From: Utricularia gibba | Lineage: Eukaryota; Plantae; Magnoliophyta | Direction of reading: 5' to 3' | Length of the DNA: 64,000 nucleotides | Assembly: GCA_002189035.1 (NCBI GenBank) | Contig: NEEC01000004.1 | Location: 4,030,001-4,094,000 of the forward strand | Shown: positions 61,057 through 64,000 of the stretch, piece after piece | Numbering within the stretch: the first letter of the stretch is position 1 | Layout of the letters: the number at the start of each line of letters is the position of its first letter | The notes under the pieces: model-generated | The model's database searches: none | Seen by the model: the letters and a program-made list of their open reading frames with translations, nothing else | Told to the model about the DNA's origin: nothing | Translations under genes and position numbers: made by a program

Positions 61057-64000
61057 TTATGCCAAAAGCTGAGAAACCATGGATTTCTGAGACTGGGGGC
61101 TGTGATTGTTGACGCTTGGGATGATCTCTGCCGGGGAGATGAACTTGACGAAATCCTTCAGCTCTGTGAAACTGCTGTGCTCGCTGTATGGGACCTCGTA
61201 CCTTTTATTAACAAGGAAAAAATTCTCTATCACGATCAACTGAACGGAGAAAACGAGATGCTCTAGGAGTAGAGCACAAGGCTGCTTGAGTTTTGGCTGG
61301 GGCAGAAGAGCTCACCTGATTATGGTTCCCTGGCGCCATTTCTTGCCAGTCGATTGCTTTCCTTTTCCAAAGGACCAGCCGGTTGGTGAAAAAGAAACTA
61401 CCAAATTGAATCTTCCCTGTTAACGAAAACAACGCAGGAAGGAAGCAGAATGAAGCTTACTGTTTTGTGACATCCAACAAGGGAAATATTTCTATTACCA
61501 TATAATGGTTTGCCATTTGCTTCAGCCGTTTGAAGGTAGCGATGGTCCACATTGGGACAACATGAATGTGGCTCTCCTCCTCGTTTAGAGTGAACCACTG
61601 CAAATCTTCTTCGGGCAGTTCTAGACATTCAAGAAGGCGTAGTTTGGCAGCAGAGACGTAGACCTTCTTGCCAAGAACTCTCGCAACTTCGAGAAAAAGA
61701 CGCTCTTTTCCTGTTCTCGAATGTACAGCAAGGACATGGGTGATTCGCAATTATGAAAATAGTGCGGGGCAAACAACCTACGAAAAAAAAATGTTACCAA
61801 TTGTATAGCTGCCGATCAGGAACAATGTACGTGAGTTGAAGGCTTCAGCTTGTATTGCATCAATGACAAACTGTATAATCATGTCTTGTTTCGGAAAGGT
61901 GTACTGTGATACCAAACGAAGCAACAGAGATCAGAAACACCGGAGCAAATTTGTAGAATCCATCACAGTATTTAATACCTGGGAATCACAGTAAGTTGTA
62001 TCAAGAATGAGTGTGTGGATACGGGAAGCTTGCAAAGCTGGAATTTCTGTCATTTGCTCACAGAAACGGAAATCTCCAGTATGTAGCACAGGCTGGTAAA
62101 CGTGAAAAGCTGTATCAATGCCAGAAACAAAATGCAAAGGCAAGAATTTGGAAAGCAGCTTTCACTGATTTTTTGACAGACCTTACCGTTAGGAGGCTCA
62201 AACAGGATTATGATTGCACCAGGGCAGTGATTTGCATCGAAGCATGTTACATCGACTCCTGCAATGTTAATCTTTTGGTTGAGAGGTAGAACATGTATTC
62301 TCTGCATTGGTATCCCGATTTTCAGATTAACTAGCTTCGCTGTGATTGAGGAACAGTACACCATCCCATGGCAGAAGGACTTGGTGAGGCCTTGATAATC
62401 TATGGAGCAACAAAACAGTGAATGTTTAGTTACTGTCATTTCTTTGCATGAGTGAGAGTGACGAAGAGGTAATATCCTTAACATCAGAATACGAAACCAT
62501 ACACAACCAAATAATGCAATTTCTGAGGTGTAATGGTAACAGACGTACGATCTAGATGAAAGTGAGACAGAAACCAGTGTGAGCAATCTCTTCTCAGATG
62601 CTTAAAGGCGTCCTGCAAAAAGAACACATTATACCAGAAAAAAAAAAGGACAAATGGATCAGGTAGATGGAGACTATTGGCAGTCAAAGAGAGTAATTAG
62701 ATCATGTTAATCGAAAGTTCACCACTCGAAATGGGGTCCCTGGAATACAACACCACGATGGGACATCCTTCTGCTTGCTGTTCCTTAAACAATCTCCTCT
62801 TTGAGATCTCTTATTAGCGGGTTGTGGCTGACTTCTTACAGGATTATTTTTTCACTTGTCACAATGCACCGTTTTTTTGTCTCAAAGTTACAACCTGAAA
62901 AGAAATCAGTTATCAGCTTGTTTCCTCCAGATTTTGCTTCACATGACGGTATTTTCGAAACTTCTGTCCTTGTTTCAACTTCTCGGGCGGTATCATTCCT
63001 CAAATCATACATAGCATGGAGAATTTTTTTTCTTGGACCAAGCGCTGTAATACCAAGAGTGCATAAATCCTTCAAAAACAAGTATAACAATAAATTTTTG
63101 TGCTATAGTTCTGATAAAACATAGGAAAAGATGCAGCACAGATACTATTTTTACAGTTCACAACACAGCATTGGAGCCTATATAATTAGCCTGAAGGAGG
63201 CAAACTTTAAACACATAGGAAACATCTGCAAAATGAAGAATCAGGATCTTAAAGTGGTACCCAAAAAAATGACACACATTCAAACCTCTTCAGTGAGCCA
63301 CTGCAATGCAACCATATCAATCTCATGAGTCGTGAAAACTTCTTCATATTTCGAAAGACCCAAATTGCGTAGCCACTCAGCGATCGGGGATGATTCCTTG
63401 ACATCTTCAGCCAAAGGGAAATCCACTACTTGCCCTTGGCAATGCTCCATTTTTTCATCATCATGATGTCTAACCTACAGGATTTAGCCAGTAAAATTTA
63501 GAGCCTAATCCCCTTCCAATTCTCCAATCAATTCCCAAGATTATGCATCAGAAACTCTAATCTCCATTTTCTATATTACGGAAATCGATATTACAACAGT
63601 ACAGATATTTCCACTAGCTGAAACCAAAGCGGAAGATGAAGATAAAACAATGAACCTCAAAACATGCCAAAGAAGAAATTGTAATTTTACAGTGCTTACA
63701 CCATCCAGACCCTCAAGTTTGTCAAGGCACTCATTACTGTGAGCCAGCCTTTCCTCCTCCATTAGACGAGAAATATCAGCCCCGCAAAGCGGACAACAAA
63801 TCAAGATACCGTTTTCACATTCCTGATCGCCCCTTGAATCCCCGTCTCCCATTTGATCCACATTGTCGCACAGCCTGAGCAACTCATCAAGACCTTCATC
63901 GCCTAAATTTTCACCATCCTCCTCTTCTACCCCCTTCACATTGAACACATCCATGGCCGGCTCAATCGAATCCAACCCACAATCCCAATCCGCTTCCCCA
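61057..64000 (-). CDS. SNM1: DNA cross-link repair nuclease SNM1 (UBZ finger + SAM + metallo-beta-lactamase/beta-CASP); 5' end outside the window
   Basis: CPLCGADISRL...HSNECLD; SAM-like LGITALGPRKKILHA; WFLSHFHLDHYQGL; DANHCPGA; LHTGDFRF; LILDTTYC; YEVPYSEHSSFTEL...IIPSVN. Confidence 0.92.

Noticed and set aside
1-64000. CRISPR arrays, rRNA, intact tRNA genes, prokaryotic operons and most short ORF-track entries
   Set aside because: This is a spliced plant genome. No such arrays or RNA genes were seen, and short GTG/TTG-start ORFs are intron read-through or antisense noise.

Overview
Eukaryotic window from a eudicot. The type-I MADS and diterpene cyclase sequences look Lamiales-like (inference), and most introns are only ~70-90 nt, which suggests a compact genome. 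Order along the window: WRKY 3' end (+), RING-H2 E3 ligase (+), decayed GT64 glycosyltransferase (-), bZIP9 (-), L-arabinokinase ARA1 (+), cryptochrome-DASH (+), fasciclin-like AGP with 14-aa repeats (+), a ~11 kb nested Copia/hAT/solo-LTR/TRIM graveyard (21.3-32.0 kb), frameshifted M-alpha MADS gene (+), EamA/SLC35F transporter (+), then a ~4.2 kb inverted duplication, an intronless APX6/APx-R (+), PP2C (+), proteasome beta6 PBF1 (-), a Copia RT relic holding a 68-bp-stem hairpin, a hAT MITE, NPY1-like BTB/NPH3 (+) and SNM1 (-, runs off the end). The inverted duplication holds two head-to-head, apparently intact class II diterpene cyclases (TPS-c/CPS-like). They are near-identical over long tracts but differ at the product-determining catalytic position (LLHNLEG vs LLYNLEG) and in the neighbouring active-site segment. 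Both have Thr where gibberellin ent-CPS has the catalytic Asn. This is the best candidate for an undescribed specialised-diterpenoid system. All alignments were done by eye. The ORF track (bacterial start codons, no splicing) shows only fragments of these genes.
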